Shown: positions 49,947-59,514, counted from the stretch's first letter. The stretch: 64,000 nucleotides of DNA from Patescibacteria group bacterium (GCA_038206135.1 JBBRBD010000001.1:65919-129918); one strand, 5' to 3'. The notes: a model not told the origin generated them from the letters alone. Numbers and translations are program-made.

Positions 49947-50073
49947 ATGTCCAAAAATACTTCTTTTGGTGTAAAATAACCTCATTAGTCATGAACAAAC
50001 ATCGACATATGAATATAAATGGTGCATTTTTCAAAACTCTAAAAAAAGCGCTTTTTGAAGAGGTACCTCACAA

Positions 50074-51141
50074 ATGAAACGAATAAGTATTCGAGGTGTT
50101 AATATTATTTTCGCTCCGATCATCATTTGCTTGCTGCTCGGTTTTTTGATGCTTCACTCAATTGCACCACAAGTTTTTCCACAATATTACGTTTACATTG
50201 TCCTTTCTATTGTCATTTTTTTTGTTTTCTTGAGGACAGATTTTGATACATTAAGCGCTTTTTCTAACTTTTTCTACGTCGGTAGTATCGCTTTGTTAAT
50301 TCTTCCAATAATCATCGGACAGGTTACTCGGGGAACAATTCGCTGGATTCCAATTGGAGGTTTTAATCTACAGCCAGCTGAAATTGTGCGTCCATTTTTG
50401 ATACTTTTTTTTGCAAATTATTTTACGACTAGATCGATTACTTTAAAACGTTTCATCATAAGTGTTCCGCTCATGGGTTTGCCGCTAGTTTTAATTTTCC
50501 TGCAACCTTCACTCGGTGTTACGCTCCTGACTTCAGCAGGGTTTGCCGGAGTAATATTCTCGCTAAATATCCCTCGAAAATATTATCTTTGGGCTGTTAT
50601 TGCGTTCATCGTTGCTTCTCCAATCTTTTGGTTATTGTTAGCGCCTTACCAAAAAGCAAGAGTGAATGCCTTGCTTTCGCCCGGAACTGATCCTTCGGGT
50701 CAAGGATATAACTCAATTCAGTCTGTTATAGCAGTCGGTTCGGGTATGTTTTCTGGACGTGGATTGGGCAATGGAATTCAAACTCAGCTCTCATTTTTAC
50801 CTGAAAAGCATACGGATTTTATGTTTGCTGCAATTTCTGAAGAACTCGGTTTTTTCGGTGCTGCAATTGTATTGGCATCGCTTGTCGCAATTCTTTATGG
50901 ACTAACAAAAATTTTAGAAAAAAGCAGTTCTTCTGTGAAAAGAGCCTACGTCGCTGGCGTCTTCATGACTTTCTTTATGCAAGTTTTTGTACATATGGGA
51001 ATGAATATGGGAATGCTTCCAATTACTGGTGTTCCGCTACCATTAGTTTCATATGGAGGGTCATCTTTACTCTCAACTGCAGTCCTCCTCGCCCTCGCCT
51101 TGCAAGGAGACTCTATTTCAGGTAAAATACAATCCATATAA
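50074..51141 (+). CDS. rodA: SEDS-family protein RodA-like (second SEDS paralog)
   Basis: PLPLVSYGGSSLLSTAVLLALAL, ten TM helices and an RBS-like GAAGAGG 7 nt upstream. Confidence 0.75.
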   Translation: MKRISIRGVNIIFAPIIICLLLGFLMLHSIAPQVFPQYYVYIVLSIVIFFVFLRTDFDTLSAFSNFFYVGSIALLILPIIIGQVTRGTIRWIPIGGFNLQPAEIVRPFLILFFANYFTTRSITLKRFIISVPLMGLPLVLIFLQPSLGVTLLTSAGFAGVIFSLNIPRKYYLWAVIAFIVASPIFWLLLAPYQKARVNALLSPGTDPSGQGYNSIQSVIAVGSGMFSGRGLGNGIQTQLSFLPEKHTDFMFAAISEELGFFGAAIVLASLVAILYGLTKILEKSSSSVKRAYVAGVFMTFFMQVFVHMGMNMGMLPITGVPLPLVSYGGSSLLSTAVLLALALQGDSISGKIQSI

Positions 51142-51149
51142 GCATTACT

Positions 51150-51446
51150 ATGAAATACGCAGTTGTTCGCACACAAGGCCACCAATATCGAGTAGAAGAA
51201 GGACAAGATTTCTTGGTTCCAAAAGCTGATGACTTCAATTTTGAAGTTCTTCTTGTTGTGGATGGTGAAAAACTTACTGTTGGTGATCCAATCGTGAAAA
51301 CTCACAATGTGAGCTTGAAAGTAACCGAGCCTTTGGTTAAGGGTGAAAAAATAAGAGTTTTTAAATATAAAGCAAAATCTCGCTATCGAAAAACAATAGG
51401 TTCTCGACCTAAATATACTCAAATTCACGTTGAGACAATTGGATAA
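51150..51446 (+). CDS. rplU: 50S ribosomal protein L21
   Basis: MKYAVVRTQGHQYRVEEGQ. Confidence 0.9.
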   Translation: MKYAVVRTQGHQYRVEEGQDFLVPKADDFNFEVLLVVDGEKLTVGDPIVKTHNVSLKVTEPLVKGEKIRVFKYKAKSRYRKTIGSRPKYTQIHVETIG

Positions 51447-51514
51447 GTGTATCAAACTATAAATTAAGATACTCTTGACAGTCGTGAAAAACTTTATTAA
51501 TCTAAAATAATACT

Positions 51515-51760
51515 ATGTCAACACATAAAGCAGCGGGTAAAACAAAGCAGCACGTAAGTCCTGATGGAAAAAGACTTGGAGTGAAGCGCATGCATTTAGA
51601 AACTGTTTCAAGTGGTGAAATTTTAGTTCGACAAAGAGGATCAACATTTCATGCTGGTAAAAATGTGAAAGTTGGACGTGACTTCACTCTTTATGCAGTC
51701 TCAGGCGGTTTGGTCCAATTTAGCAAAAAACTGGGGAGAAAATTTGTCTCAGTAGTTTAA
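51515..51760 (+). CDS. rpmA: 50S ribosomal protein L27
   Basis: KRLGVKRMHLETVSSGEILVRQRGSTFHAGKNVKVGRDFTLYAVSGGLVQF. Confidence 0.9.
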   Translation: MSTHKAAGKTKQHVSPDGKRLGVKRMHLETVSSGEILVRQRGSTFHAGKNVKVGRDFTLYAVSGGLVQFSKKLGRKFVSVV

Positions 51761-51786
51761 GTTAGTTAGTTTTTATTACTTGTCCA

Positions 51787-52632
51787 ATGGCAGAAGAAAT
51801 TATTCAGATTGCATTAGAAGAACTCCAACCCAATCCGTTGCAGCCTCGCGGAATTATTACCCCTGAAAGTTTAGTAGATCTGGTTGATTCTATTAAAGAA
51901 CATGGTGTATTAGAGCCACTTGTTATTGCTCGAACTCCTGCTGGATATCAAATTATTGCTGGAGAGCGTAGATGGCGTGCAAGTAAGCTTGCAGGCATGA
52001 GCCATGCACCTGCAATCGTTCGTGAGACTACTCCAAAAGGAATGCTTGAGATGGCTATTGTTGAAAACGTACAGAGAGTTGATTTGAATGCACTTGATAG
52101 AGCAAAAGGATTTGAACGACTAATGAATGAATTTACGCTTACAACAAGTGAAGTTGCTGTTCGTATCGGAAAGTCTGTTGCGTATGTCAGTAACTCAATG
52201 CGTCTTCTTATTCTCCCAGATGCCCTAAAGGATGGATTATTGTCTGGACTCATCACAGAAGGTCATGCACGAGCTTTGTCATCGATTGATGATCCGACCT
52301 TGATCATTGAGGCATATAAGCAGGTACTTCGAGAAAGTGCTTCAGTTCGAAGGGCAGAGGAATTAGCACGTCGAATGAAAGCAAAGAGTCAGCAAGCTGT
52401 AAAGCCAAAGACTCGAGTAGATGATATGCAAATTGTTTCTGAAGATATGGATAAGATGAAGTCTGAATTGGAAAGTAGACTACGATTCTCACCTGAAGAA
52501 GACCCTAAAAATACTGAAGTTAAGCTATCAAGAAGTAAAAGACAAACAAAAATTGTTTTTACATTTTATGGTAGTCTTGAAGATACAGACGCTAAGTTGA
52601 ATAAGATTTACCAGAGCCTCACAAAAGAGTAA
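51787..52632 (+). CDS. parB: Chromosome partitioning protein ParB/Spo0J
   Basis: LQPNPLQPRG, HGVLEPLVIAR and the GERRWRASKLAG ParB box II. Confidence 0.85.
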   Translation: MAEEIIQIALEELQPNPLQPRGIITPESLVDLVDSIKEHGVLEPLVIARTPAGYQIIAGERRWRASKLAGMSHAPAIVRETTPKGMLEMAIVENVQRVDLNALDRAKGFERLMNEFTLTTSEVAVRIGKSVAYVSNSMRLLILPDALKDGLLSGLITEGHARALSSIDDPTLIIEAYKQVLRESASVRRAEELARRMKAKSQQAVKPKTRVDDMQIVSEDMDKMKSELESRLRFSPEEDPKNTEVKLSRSKRQTKIVFTFYGSLEDTDAKLNKIYQSLTKE

Positions 52633-52660
52633 TCTTCAGAAGTTTTTAATCGCTTGTAAT

Positions 52661-53212
52661 TTAATTGCCGTTTGGGTTTTTCACTATTCCGGCTTTATTA
52701 AGTGGCCAATATATGAGCCATGCTCTACCTGTAATCTTGTCTTTTCCAATAAATCCAATGTTTCTTGAATCAAGTGAGTGCTCTCTGTTGTCTCCTAATA
52801 CAAAGTACTGATCTTGAGGGACTGTAAGGACTGCACCTTCTTCTGTAAATCGACCAGCAAATGTGTGAAAATCTGATGGAATATATGCCTCTATTACTTC
52901 CTTTCCATTTACGAAAACTTTTCCATCTTTAACTGAGACAGAATCACCTGGTATGCCGATAATACGCTTAATAAATTCGTCAACGTAGTCTGGTGGAGCT
53001 TTAAAAACAATTACATCACCACGCTGTGGTGTGTGTAGCCGATAACTGATCTTGTCTGTGAGAAGATATTCTGCATCGTGGAAATTCGGTTCCATAGAGC
53101 TGCCCTTTATTTTGTGAGGCTGTAGAAGCAAAAGGTAGATGAAAAGAAAAATAGAAATCGCAAAAACTAGGGTTTGTAATATTTCAAAGAAAAACGTACC
53201 GAGTTTTTGCAT
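52661..53212 (-). CDS. lepB: Signal peptidase I
   Basis: GSSMEPNF (catalytic Ser box), RGDVIVFK, and GDNREHSLDSRNIGFI (box E). Confidence 0.85.
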   Translation of the reverse strand: MQKLGTFFFEILQTLVFAISIFLFIYLLLLQPHKIKGSSMEPNFHDAEYLLTDKISYRLHTPQRGDVIVFKAPPDYVDEFIKRIIGIPGDSVSVKDGKVFVNGKEVIEAYIPSDFHTFAGRFTEEGAVLTVPQDQYFVLGDNREHSLDSRNIGFIGKDKITGRAWLIYWPLNKAGIVKNPNGN

Positions 53213-53251
53213 GATTCCCTATTGTATCGGTATGGGTCTCTAGTAGACAAG

Positions 53252-53260
53252 TGGTATAAT
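53252..53260 (+). promoter_or_regulatory. Extended -10 promoter element for tRNA-Val
   Basis: TGgTATAAT lies 12 nt upstream of the mature tRNA 5' end. Confidence 0.4.
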
Positions 53261-53272
53261 CTGATACAATAT

Positions 53273-53346
53273 GGTCGCATAGCTCAGTTGGTTAGAGCGT
53301 TCGATTCACATTCGAAAGGTCCCTGGTTCGAATCCAGGTGCGACCA
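53273..53346 (+). tRNA. tRNA-Val (anticodon CAC); no encoded CCA
   Basis: Cloverleaf GGTCGCA/TGCGACC acceptor, D-arm GCTC-AGTTGGTTA-GAGC, anticodon stem-loop TTCGA-TTCACAT-TCGAA, T-arm CCTGG-TTCGAAT-CCAGG and discriminator A. Confidence 0.8.
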
Positions 53347-53354
53347 CACTATAT

Positions 53355-53540
53355 ATGGATACATTCATGCAATCAGCGGCTAATACTCCAGGAGGAATTG
53401 GCGATAATCGATACTTAAAAACTTCTCAGTATCAATTTGTGAAAATATTTAGAACTCTTATTGGATGGCTCGGAATTGCAGTTGGTGCTATAGTCACCCT
53501 TGTCGTTGATATCCTCAAAGGTATTGCTGGAAAAAGTTAA
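53355..53540 (+). CDS. Possible small membrane protein (61 aa); weakly supported
   Basis: ORF directly downstream of tRNA-Val with a C-terminal hydrophobic helix (IGWLGIAVGAIVTLVVDIL) and no clear RBS. Confidence 0.2.
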   Translation: MDTFMQSAANTPGGIGDNRYLKTSQYQFVKIFRTLIGWLGIAVGAIVTLVVDILKGIAGKS

Positions 53541-53615
53541 TGACTTCAATTTGAGTACACAACTATTTTGCTCCTCACGTAATATAGTATCTAGCTGTTC
53601 ATTCAACTCCCTTCT

Positions 53616-54629
53616 ATGCAAAAAAAGATTTTATTTGTAACAAAATATTATTCCCCACATATAGGTGGTGTTGAAACACATCTATCAAAAGTTATTCAAA
53701 CGCTTACTACCGCAGGTAAATATAAAATTGATGTAGTTACTGAAAGGTATTCACCTAAATTGCCAACTCTGTCGGTAATTAACGATGCTCAAGTTCATAG
53801 AATTGATTATATCCATCTTAAATATCTTGGAATCTTATCATTGTGGTATTCATTACTGAAAAAATTAAGACTTTTTTATAATGCAGATATTATTCACATA
53901 CACGACGTATTTATATGGGTTCTTCCGTTTCGAGCTTTGTTTTTTTGGAAAAGTTTCTATATTACATTTCACGGTTGGGAAGGTGTGTACCCCATTCCAC
54001 TGAATAGTTATTTACAAAAGCAAATGGCATATAAAATGACGAAGGGAAATATCTCCATAGGCAAATACATTGAAGAAATTTATAAAGTAAAAGCAACTAA
54101 AATTTCATATGGAGGTACTGATTGCAATATTATTAAGAAAGTTTTTGAAAAACAAAGGCGAATAATATTTATTGGACGCTTAGAGGAAGATACGGGAGTA
54201 AATATTCTATTAGACGCTCTATTAACCTTAAAGAAAAAGTACATTGTCGACTTTTATGGTGATGGGAGATTGAGACAACAGTGCGAAGCAGTTGGAAAGG
54301 TGCATGGTTTTACTGCTGATATTCCAAAGATTTTAAAAGCTGCAGATATTTGCTTCTGCGGAGGATATTTAACAGCTTTAGATTCTCTAGCATCATCTGT
54401 TCAGACTTGCATAATTTCGCATACTATTGCGCGTAGAATAATTTTCAAATCGGTCCCTTTTTCCGAATTTGTCTTTTTCTGTGATACTCCAAAGGAAATA
54501 AAAACTATTTTGACTGCAGGTTCTATTGATATACAAAGCAGTAAAAGAAAACAAGGATATCTTTGGGCAAGAAAGCAGAACTGGACTCATGTCACAGATC
54601 AATATTTGAATTTGTGGAAAATAGATTAA
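53616..54629 (+). CDS. GT4-like glycosyltransferase
   Basis: N-terminus KILFVTKYYSPHIGGVETHLSKV (GT4 N-domain signature) and IFIGRLEEDTGVNILLDAL. Confidence 0.6.
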   Translation: MQKKILFVTKYYSPHIGGVETHLSKVIQTLTTAGKYKIDVVTERYSPKLPTLSVINDAQVHRIDYIHLKYLGILSLWYSLLKKLRLFYNADIIHIHDVFIWVLPFRALFFWKSFYITFHGWEGVYPIPLNSYLQKQMAYKMTKGNISIGKYIEEIYKVKATKISYGGTDCNIIKKVFEKQRRIIFIGRLEEDTGVNILLDALLTLKKKYIVDFYGDGRLRQQCEAVGKVHGFTADIPKILKAADICFCGGYLTALDSLASSVQTCIISHTIARRIIFKSVPFSEFVFFCDTPKEIKTILTAGSIDIQSSKRKQGYLWARKQNWTHVTDQYLNLWKID

Positions 54630-54634
54630 TTCAT

Positions 54635-55597
54635 ATGATCAAAATGTCTGTCGTAGTTACAACTTTGAATGAGCAAAATAGTATTTTGGTGCTCCTTCGT
54701 TCTCTTTTGAATCAAACACTCCATCCGTCAGAAATAATTATCGTTGACGGAGGATCGACAGATAAAACAGTAAAGTTGATTAATCAATTCAAAATGAAAC
54801 ATACGGAACTTAACATTCGGTTAATTAATGAAAAGGGGAATATTGCACATGGAAGAAATATTGGTATTCGTAATGCGAAGTCAAATATAATCGCAATGAT
54901 TGATGCCGGATGCATTGCAGATAAAAATTGGCTTAAGTTTCTCTCAAAACCATTTCTCACTGAGAAACATATTGTTGCCGCAGGTTTCTATATCATGGAT
55001 GCTGACAATTATTTTGAGAAATCTGTTTCACTCTATTTAGGAGTTACCCCGAATAAGTTTAAACGAACTAATTATTTGCCTTCCGCACGGTCAATTGCTT
55101 TTAGTAAATCAGTCTGGAAAAAACTGGGAACGTTTGAGGAAAAGCTATATCTAGCTGGAGAAGATACACTTTTTATATTTAATGCAGTTAAACATAAAAT
55201 TCCAATAATTAGATGTCCAGATGCGTTGGTTACTTGGCAAGTTCCGCAATCACTCATTCAAATATGTAAGAAGTTTTATTTTTACGCAAAGGGGGATGCC
55301 GAAACTGCAATTTGGTGGCATCCAGTGAAAAAATTTCAAACTCACAATATAAAAATTGTGACAATTTACATACGATATTTGTTTTTCATTTCGTTACTTA
55401 TTCTTTCACTTCTCGGTTTTATTAATCTAATGTTGTTCGTCTTTGTTATTTTCATTTATTTAATGTGGGCAGTGTTGAAACATAGAAGTGAAATCTCTCA
55501 TGTTTTAATGATAATTTATATACCATTAATTCAAGTTCTTTCTGATATTTGCGTAATGTTAGGGTTTACTTCTGGGATATTCCATAGCTCAACCTAA
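54635..55597 (+). CDS. GT2 glycosyltransferase with C-terminal transmembrane helices
   Basis: MSVVVTTLNEQNSI, IIIVDGGSTDKT, the DXD motif in IAMIDAG, and C-terminal TM segments (IVTIYIRYLFFISLLILSLLGFINLMLFVFVIFIYLMW). Confidence 0.65.
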   Translation: MIKMSVVVTTLNEQNSILVLLRSLLNQTLHPSEIIIVDGGSTDKTVKLINQFKMKHTELNIRLINEKGNIAHGRNIGIRNAKSNIIAMIDAGCIADKNWLKFLSKPFLTEKHIVAAGFYIMDADNYFEKSVSLYLGVTPNKFKRTNYLPSARSIAFSKSVWKKLGTFEEKLYLAGEDTLFIFNAVKHKIPIIRCPDALVTWQVPQSLIQICKKFYFYAKGDAETAIWWHPVKKFQTHNIKIVTIYIRYLFFISLLILSLLGFINLMLFVFVIFIYLMWAVLKHRSEISHVLMIIYIPLIQVLSDICVMLGFTSGIFHSST

Positions 55598-55614
55598 AAA
55601 TCTATAATAGAAAC

Positions 55615-56862
55615 ATGAGTTATCTAAAGGATTCTGTGCGTGGCGTTTTTTGGATAGGTTCATTTCGGGGGATTACTCGAGCAATGTCTTTATTGAAGAC
55701 AATCCTTTTAGCGAGACTTCTGTCACCCGCTCAATTTGGAATATTTGGAGTAGTTGCTTTAACAATGTCGCTTTTAGAGGTTTTCACTGAAACTGGCATA
55801 AATATTGTTTTGGTTCAACAAAAAGGAAAAGTTCATGAATTCATAGATAGCGCTTGGGTAGTGTCTATCTTTAGAGGGTTTTCAATTGCAGCTGTAATGA
55901 TTTTTTTTAGTGGACCTGTATCCATTTTTTTTAACATACCAGAGAGTGCGCATCTTATCGTGCTTTGTGCAATAATTCCGATTCTTCGAGGTTTCATTAA
56001 TCCATCTGAGGTAAATTTTCAAAAGGATTTATTATTTAAGGAAGAGTTTTTATTTAGAACTAGTATCTTTGCAGTCGATGCAACAATATCGATCGTTTTA
56101 GCGCTCATATATCGCACTCCAGATAGTCTCGTTTGGGGCCTCATGGCGGGTGCATTTTGTGAGCTAGTTCTCTCACACATTCTTTTAAAACCAAGACCGA
56201 AATTCCACTTTCACAAAAAGACAGCAGCCTTTATTGTTAACAGAGGAAAATGGCTTACCTTTAGTGGCATTCTAGATTACTTAATTCAAAATGGTGACAA
56301 TATTGTTGTTGGTCGTTTACTTGGTGCAACACCCTTAGGTTTGTATCAGATGTCCTACCAAATATCTACACTTCCTGTAACTGAGATAAGTAACATATTA
56401 TCGAAAGTTGCGTTTCCAATATTCGTAAAAATCTCTGACAATAAAAGAAACCTTATAAAAGCTTACTTCAAAACACTAGGTGTTGTTGTTATTCTTTCAG
56501 GTGCACTTTCTCTTGTATTGTTTATTTTTACAACTCCTCTTGTGAATCTCATATTGGGTGACAAATGGTTATCAATAATACCAACACTTAAGGTCTTAGC
56601 AGTTTTTGCATTTACAAAATCTATTGTATTGTCTTCTTATTCATTTTTGCTTTCGATAGAACGGCAGGAAGCTATTAGTATTATTCCTTTTGTTGGTTTT
56701 GTTGCAATGTTTTCTTGCATAGTTCCTCTTGTAAATATGTATGGAATGTCAGGAGCCGCTGTTTCTGCTTTAATTGGAGCAATATGTTCTCTAGCTGCAG
56801 CTTTTTACTTTATATCTAAGGAATCGAGGAATCTAGCGGTCTTTAATCCTTCTGAAGAATGA
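55615..56862 (+). CDS. Wzx-like polysaccharide flippase (MOP/MATE-like superfamily), about 12 TM helices
   Basis: 415 aa with 12 predicted TM helices, embedded between GT genes. The N-terminal LLKTILLARLLSPAQFGIFGVVALTMSLLEVFTETGINIVLVQ resembles Wzx N-terminal helices. Confidence 0.5.
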   Translation: MSYLKDSVRGVFWIGSFRGITRAMSLLKTILLARLLSPAQFGIFGVVALTMSLLEVFTETGINIVLVQQKGKVHEFIDSAWVVSIFRGFSIAAVMIFFSGPVSIFFNIPESAHLIVLCAIIPILRGFINPSEVNFQKDLLFKEEFLFRTSIFAVDATISIVLALIYRTPDSLVWGLMAGAFCELVLSHILLKPRPKFHFHKKTAAFIVNRGKWLTFSGILDYLIQNGDNIVVGRLLGATPLGLYQMSYQISTLPVTEISNILSKVAFPIFVKISDNKRNLIKAYFKTLGVVVILSGALSLVLFIFTTPLVNLILGDKWLSIIPTLKVLAVFAFTKSIVLSSYSFLLSIERQEAISIIPFVGFVAMFSCIVPLVNMYGMSGAAVSALIGAICSLAAAFYFISKESRNLAVFNPSEE

Positions 56863-57629
56863 AAACCCTTCCAATTACGGCAATAATACTCACAAAAAAT
56901 GAGCAAAGATTCGTTTATAACTGCTTAAAATCTGTTTCATTCTGTAATGAAATAATTATTATTGATGATAATTCTACAGATAAGACCACCTATATCGCAA
57001 AAAAATTAGGTGCAGAAGTTTTTAAACGAGATTTAAACGGGGATTTTGCAAGTCAAAGAAACTACGGTTTAAAAAAAGCAAGAAACAATTGGGTTTTGTT
57101 TCTTGATGCTGATGAAGAAGTTTCAAAACCTCTTGCCTACGAAATTCTAAATTTATTTAGTTCAGATACATTAGAATCAGGCTATTTCTTACGAAGAGTA
57201 GATATTCTTTGGAATAAGAAAATTTCGCACGGGGAATTGGGAACATACGGCAAATTTGGTAACGGATATCTATTACGATTAGCTCGAAAAGATGCTGGAA
57301 ACTGGGAACGTAAAATTCACGAAAAATGGATCGTGAAAGGAATTACAACTAAACTGAAAAGTGAATTGTTACATTTTCCACACGAAACATACGATGAGTT
57401 TCTGAAGGATGTCTCAGATAGAGCAAAGATTCACGCGATTGAATTGAAAAAAGAGCACAAACATTCCAATGTATTTAAAATTATAGTGTGGCCGATTGGT
57501 AAGTTTTTATATAATTTTCTTTTTAAAGCGGGCTTTTTGGATGGTATTCAGGGATTTGTTTTAGCAATGACAATGAGTTTACATTCATTTATCGCATGGA
57601 CCTATTTATGGATATTACAAAAAGAATAA
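56859..57629 (+). CDS. GT2 glycosyltransferase (WaaE/KdtX-like), paralog of 9012-9758
   Basis: ITAIILTKNEQRFVYNCLKSV, IIIIDDNSTDKT, FASQRNYGLKKARNNWVLFLDADEE, co-linear with the 9012-9758 product. Confidence 0.65.
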   Translation: MKTLPITAIILTKNEQRFVYNCLKSVSFCNEIIIIDDNSTDKTTYIAKKLGAEVFKRDLNGDFASQRNYGLKKARNNWVLFLDADEEVSKPLAYEILNLFSSDTLESGYFLRRVDILWNKKISHGELGTYGKFGNGYLLRLARKDAGNWERKIHEKWIVKGITTKLKSELLHFPHETYDEFLKDVSDRAKIHAIELKKEHKHSNVFKIIVWPIGKFLYNFLFKAGFLDGIQGFVLAMTMSLHSFIAWTYLWILQKE

Positions 57630-58792
57630 AGATAAAAAAGCTAATTTTAGTTCTATATATGGGACTATTTCCATTTGGACAGGTTCCAATGTTGCTTTTA
57701 AACTTTCTTTTACACAACAGTTTTTCTCTTCATCCAACAGACTTCTTGATTTTTCTTTATGTAGTAATAACACTCGTATCCACCCCAAAACTTCTAAATA
57801 TTTTTTTGCGCACTTACATTTTTAAAATGCTTTGTGTTTTAACTTTCAGTTTTTTGGTAGGAGTCTTTGTATTCAACTTGTTTAGTATCACCGGGGTCTT
57901 ATATTTATTAAGACTAACTTTCTACTTTTTGTTCGCATTTTTACTTTGGACTGAGCGGCCATTCAGCAAACAAGAACTGCGTTACTTTTTGATTATTACA
58001 GCGCTATTCATTAGTCTCATTGGACTATTCCAATATTTTTTTGTGCCTGATACACGCTTTTTAAAAATCCTTGGATGGGATGATCACTATTATCGATTAA
58101 TCTCTACATTTTTAGACCCTGCATATACTGCAATTTTATTGGTCTTTTCAATTTTATATGTTTTGTTTGGCTTGAAAACTAAAAAGATAATCTTAAAATA
58201 TATCATCCTTACGCCTTTAATCGCATCTTTGTTATTAACATATTCACGTTCTGGATACTTAGCTTTTGGTGTGGGAATCTTTATCTTTGTTTTATACAAG
58301 CGCGGTGCATTTATAAAACATATGATTCTTATTGCATTCTTTTTAGCAATGTTTGGAATTCTTCCCAAACAGAGTGGAGGAGAAGGTGTAAATTTAACGC
58401 GGACAGCATCCATATTTTTTAAAGCTGAAAATATAAAACAAACATTTCAAATTTGGGAGAAAAGCCCTGTTTTTGGAGTAGGTTATGACAATATTTGTAA
58501 AGCAAGAAATAGTATCATTGCTCTTGATATGAGAACAGAAATATATTCGCATTCTTGCTCGGGTGCTGATAATAGTATTTTATTTGTACTAGCGACAGGA
58601 GGTATTGCTAGTTTACTCAGTATTTCGATCGGAGTGGTATCCGCTTATAAAAAAATACACACACCGCTTTTCCTGTCTGTTTTAATGGCACTATTTGTGC
58701 ATACTCAGTTTACAAACACATTGTTTTACCCATGGGTTTTTGTTTGGCTGTTATTTCTGGGGCTTGAACAAACAACTAAGGATTATATGTGA
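57596..58792 (+). CDS. O-antigen ligase/polymerase family (Wzy_C-like) membrane protein, second copy
   Basis: More than ten TM helices; periplasmic loop HSCSGADNSILFVLATGGIASLL fits the WaaL/Wzy H-x-x-(N)-x-x-L-x-x-x-E/A-x-G-i-x-G pattern. Confidence 0.5.
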   Translation: MDLFMDITKRIKIKKLILVLYMGLFPFGQVPMLLLNFLLHNSFSLHPTDFLIFLYVVITLVSTPKLLNIFLRTYIFKMLCVLTFSFLVGVFVFNLFSITGVLYLLRLTFYFLFAFLLWTERPFSKQELRYFLIITALFISLIGLFQYFFVPDTRFLKILGWDDHYYRLISTFLDPAYTAILLVFSILYVLFGLKTKKIILKYIILTPLIASLLLTYSRSGYLAFGVGIFIFVLYKRGAFIKHMILIAFFLAMFGILPKQSGGEGVNLTRTASIFFKAENIKQTFQIWEKSPVFGVGYDNICKARNSIIALDMRTEIYSHSCSGADNSILFVLATGGIASLLSISIGVVSAYKKIHTPLFLSVLMALFVHTQFTNTLFYPWVFVWLLFLGLEQTTKDYM

Positions 58793-59477
58793 TATGTCTT
58801 TGATCTTGTGTTGTGTTTCCTGCTCTATCTGTCGCAATAACAGTAAATTCGTTGTCTCCGTCATTTAAGGTAAATTGAATGCTAAATTGACCATTTCCGC
58901 TCACAATTGCTATCCGATCATTTATTCGAACAGTCGAATCTTGATCAGTTGTACCTTCAATTGAAACAGATTGTTCTTTTTTTCCGTTCTTAATAGAATT
59001 ATCCTCAGGTGCTGATATCGAAAGTGTCGGCGCTGTTGTGTCGAGTGTAACCACAGCAGAAACTTCTTGGCTTGTATTTCCTTGTAAATCAACCACTTGA
59101 GCTTTCATATTATTTTCTCCTTCGTTCAGTGAAAATGCAGTTGCCCAGACTCCTTGCGCGTTTGAGACAATATCTTGTTTTTGACCATTTAAAGTAAGTC
59201 GTACAGTCAGACCAGATGGAGCAGCTCCTTGTATAGTAATAATTTTTTGGTTTGTGATTTCAGGAAGGGAGTTTATTTGAGCTGGTGCAACAAGTGAAGA
59301 ATTACTTTGTTGTTGAACATCCTTGGTGCTCGTGATTAATCCAGTGACACTGGTCACAATTTGAGTACCGAATCGTGTTAGACCGAAGAGAATAGCCGCA
59401 GTGAGCACTATATAAAGAAGGGCAGACCGAAGTGCCTGTCTTCGCTCATACTTTACCAGTCGTGAGGAAGCCGCCAT
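58776..59477 (-). CDS. Hypothetical exported protein with an N-terminal signal anchor and a beta-rich (Ig-like) extracellular region
   Basis: TM segment ALLYIVLTAAILFGL, followed by Thr/Ser/Val-rich repeats typical of beta-sandwich domains. Confidence 0.35.
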   Translation of the reverse strand: MAASSRLVKYERRQALRSALLYIVLTAAILFGLTRFGTQIVTSVTGLITSTKDVQQQSNSSLVAPAQINSLPEITNQKIITIQGAAPSGLTVRLTLNGQKQDIVSNAQGVWATAFSLNEGENNMKAQVVDLQGNTSQEVSAVVTLDTTAPTLSISAPEDNSIKNGKKEQSVSIEGTTDQDSTVRINDRIAIVSGNGQFSIQFTLNDGDNEFTVIATDRAGNTTQDQRHITYNP

Positions 59478-59514
59478 ATTTAAAATAGTATAACAAATCT
59501 AAATGAGTTACGTG

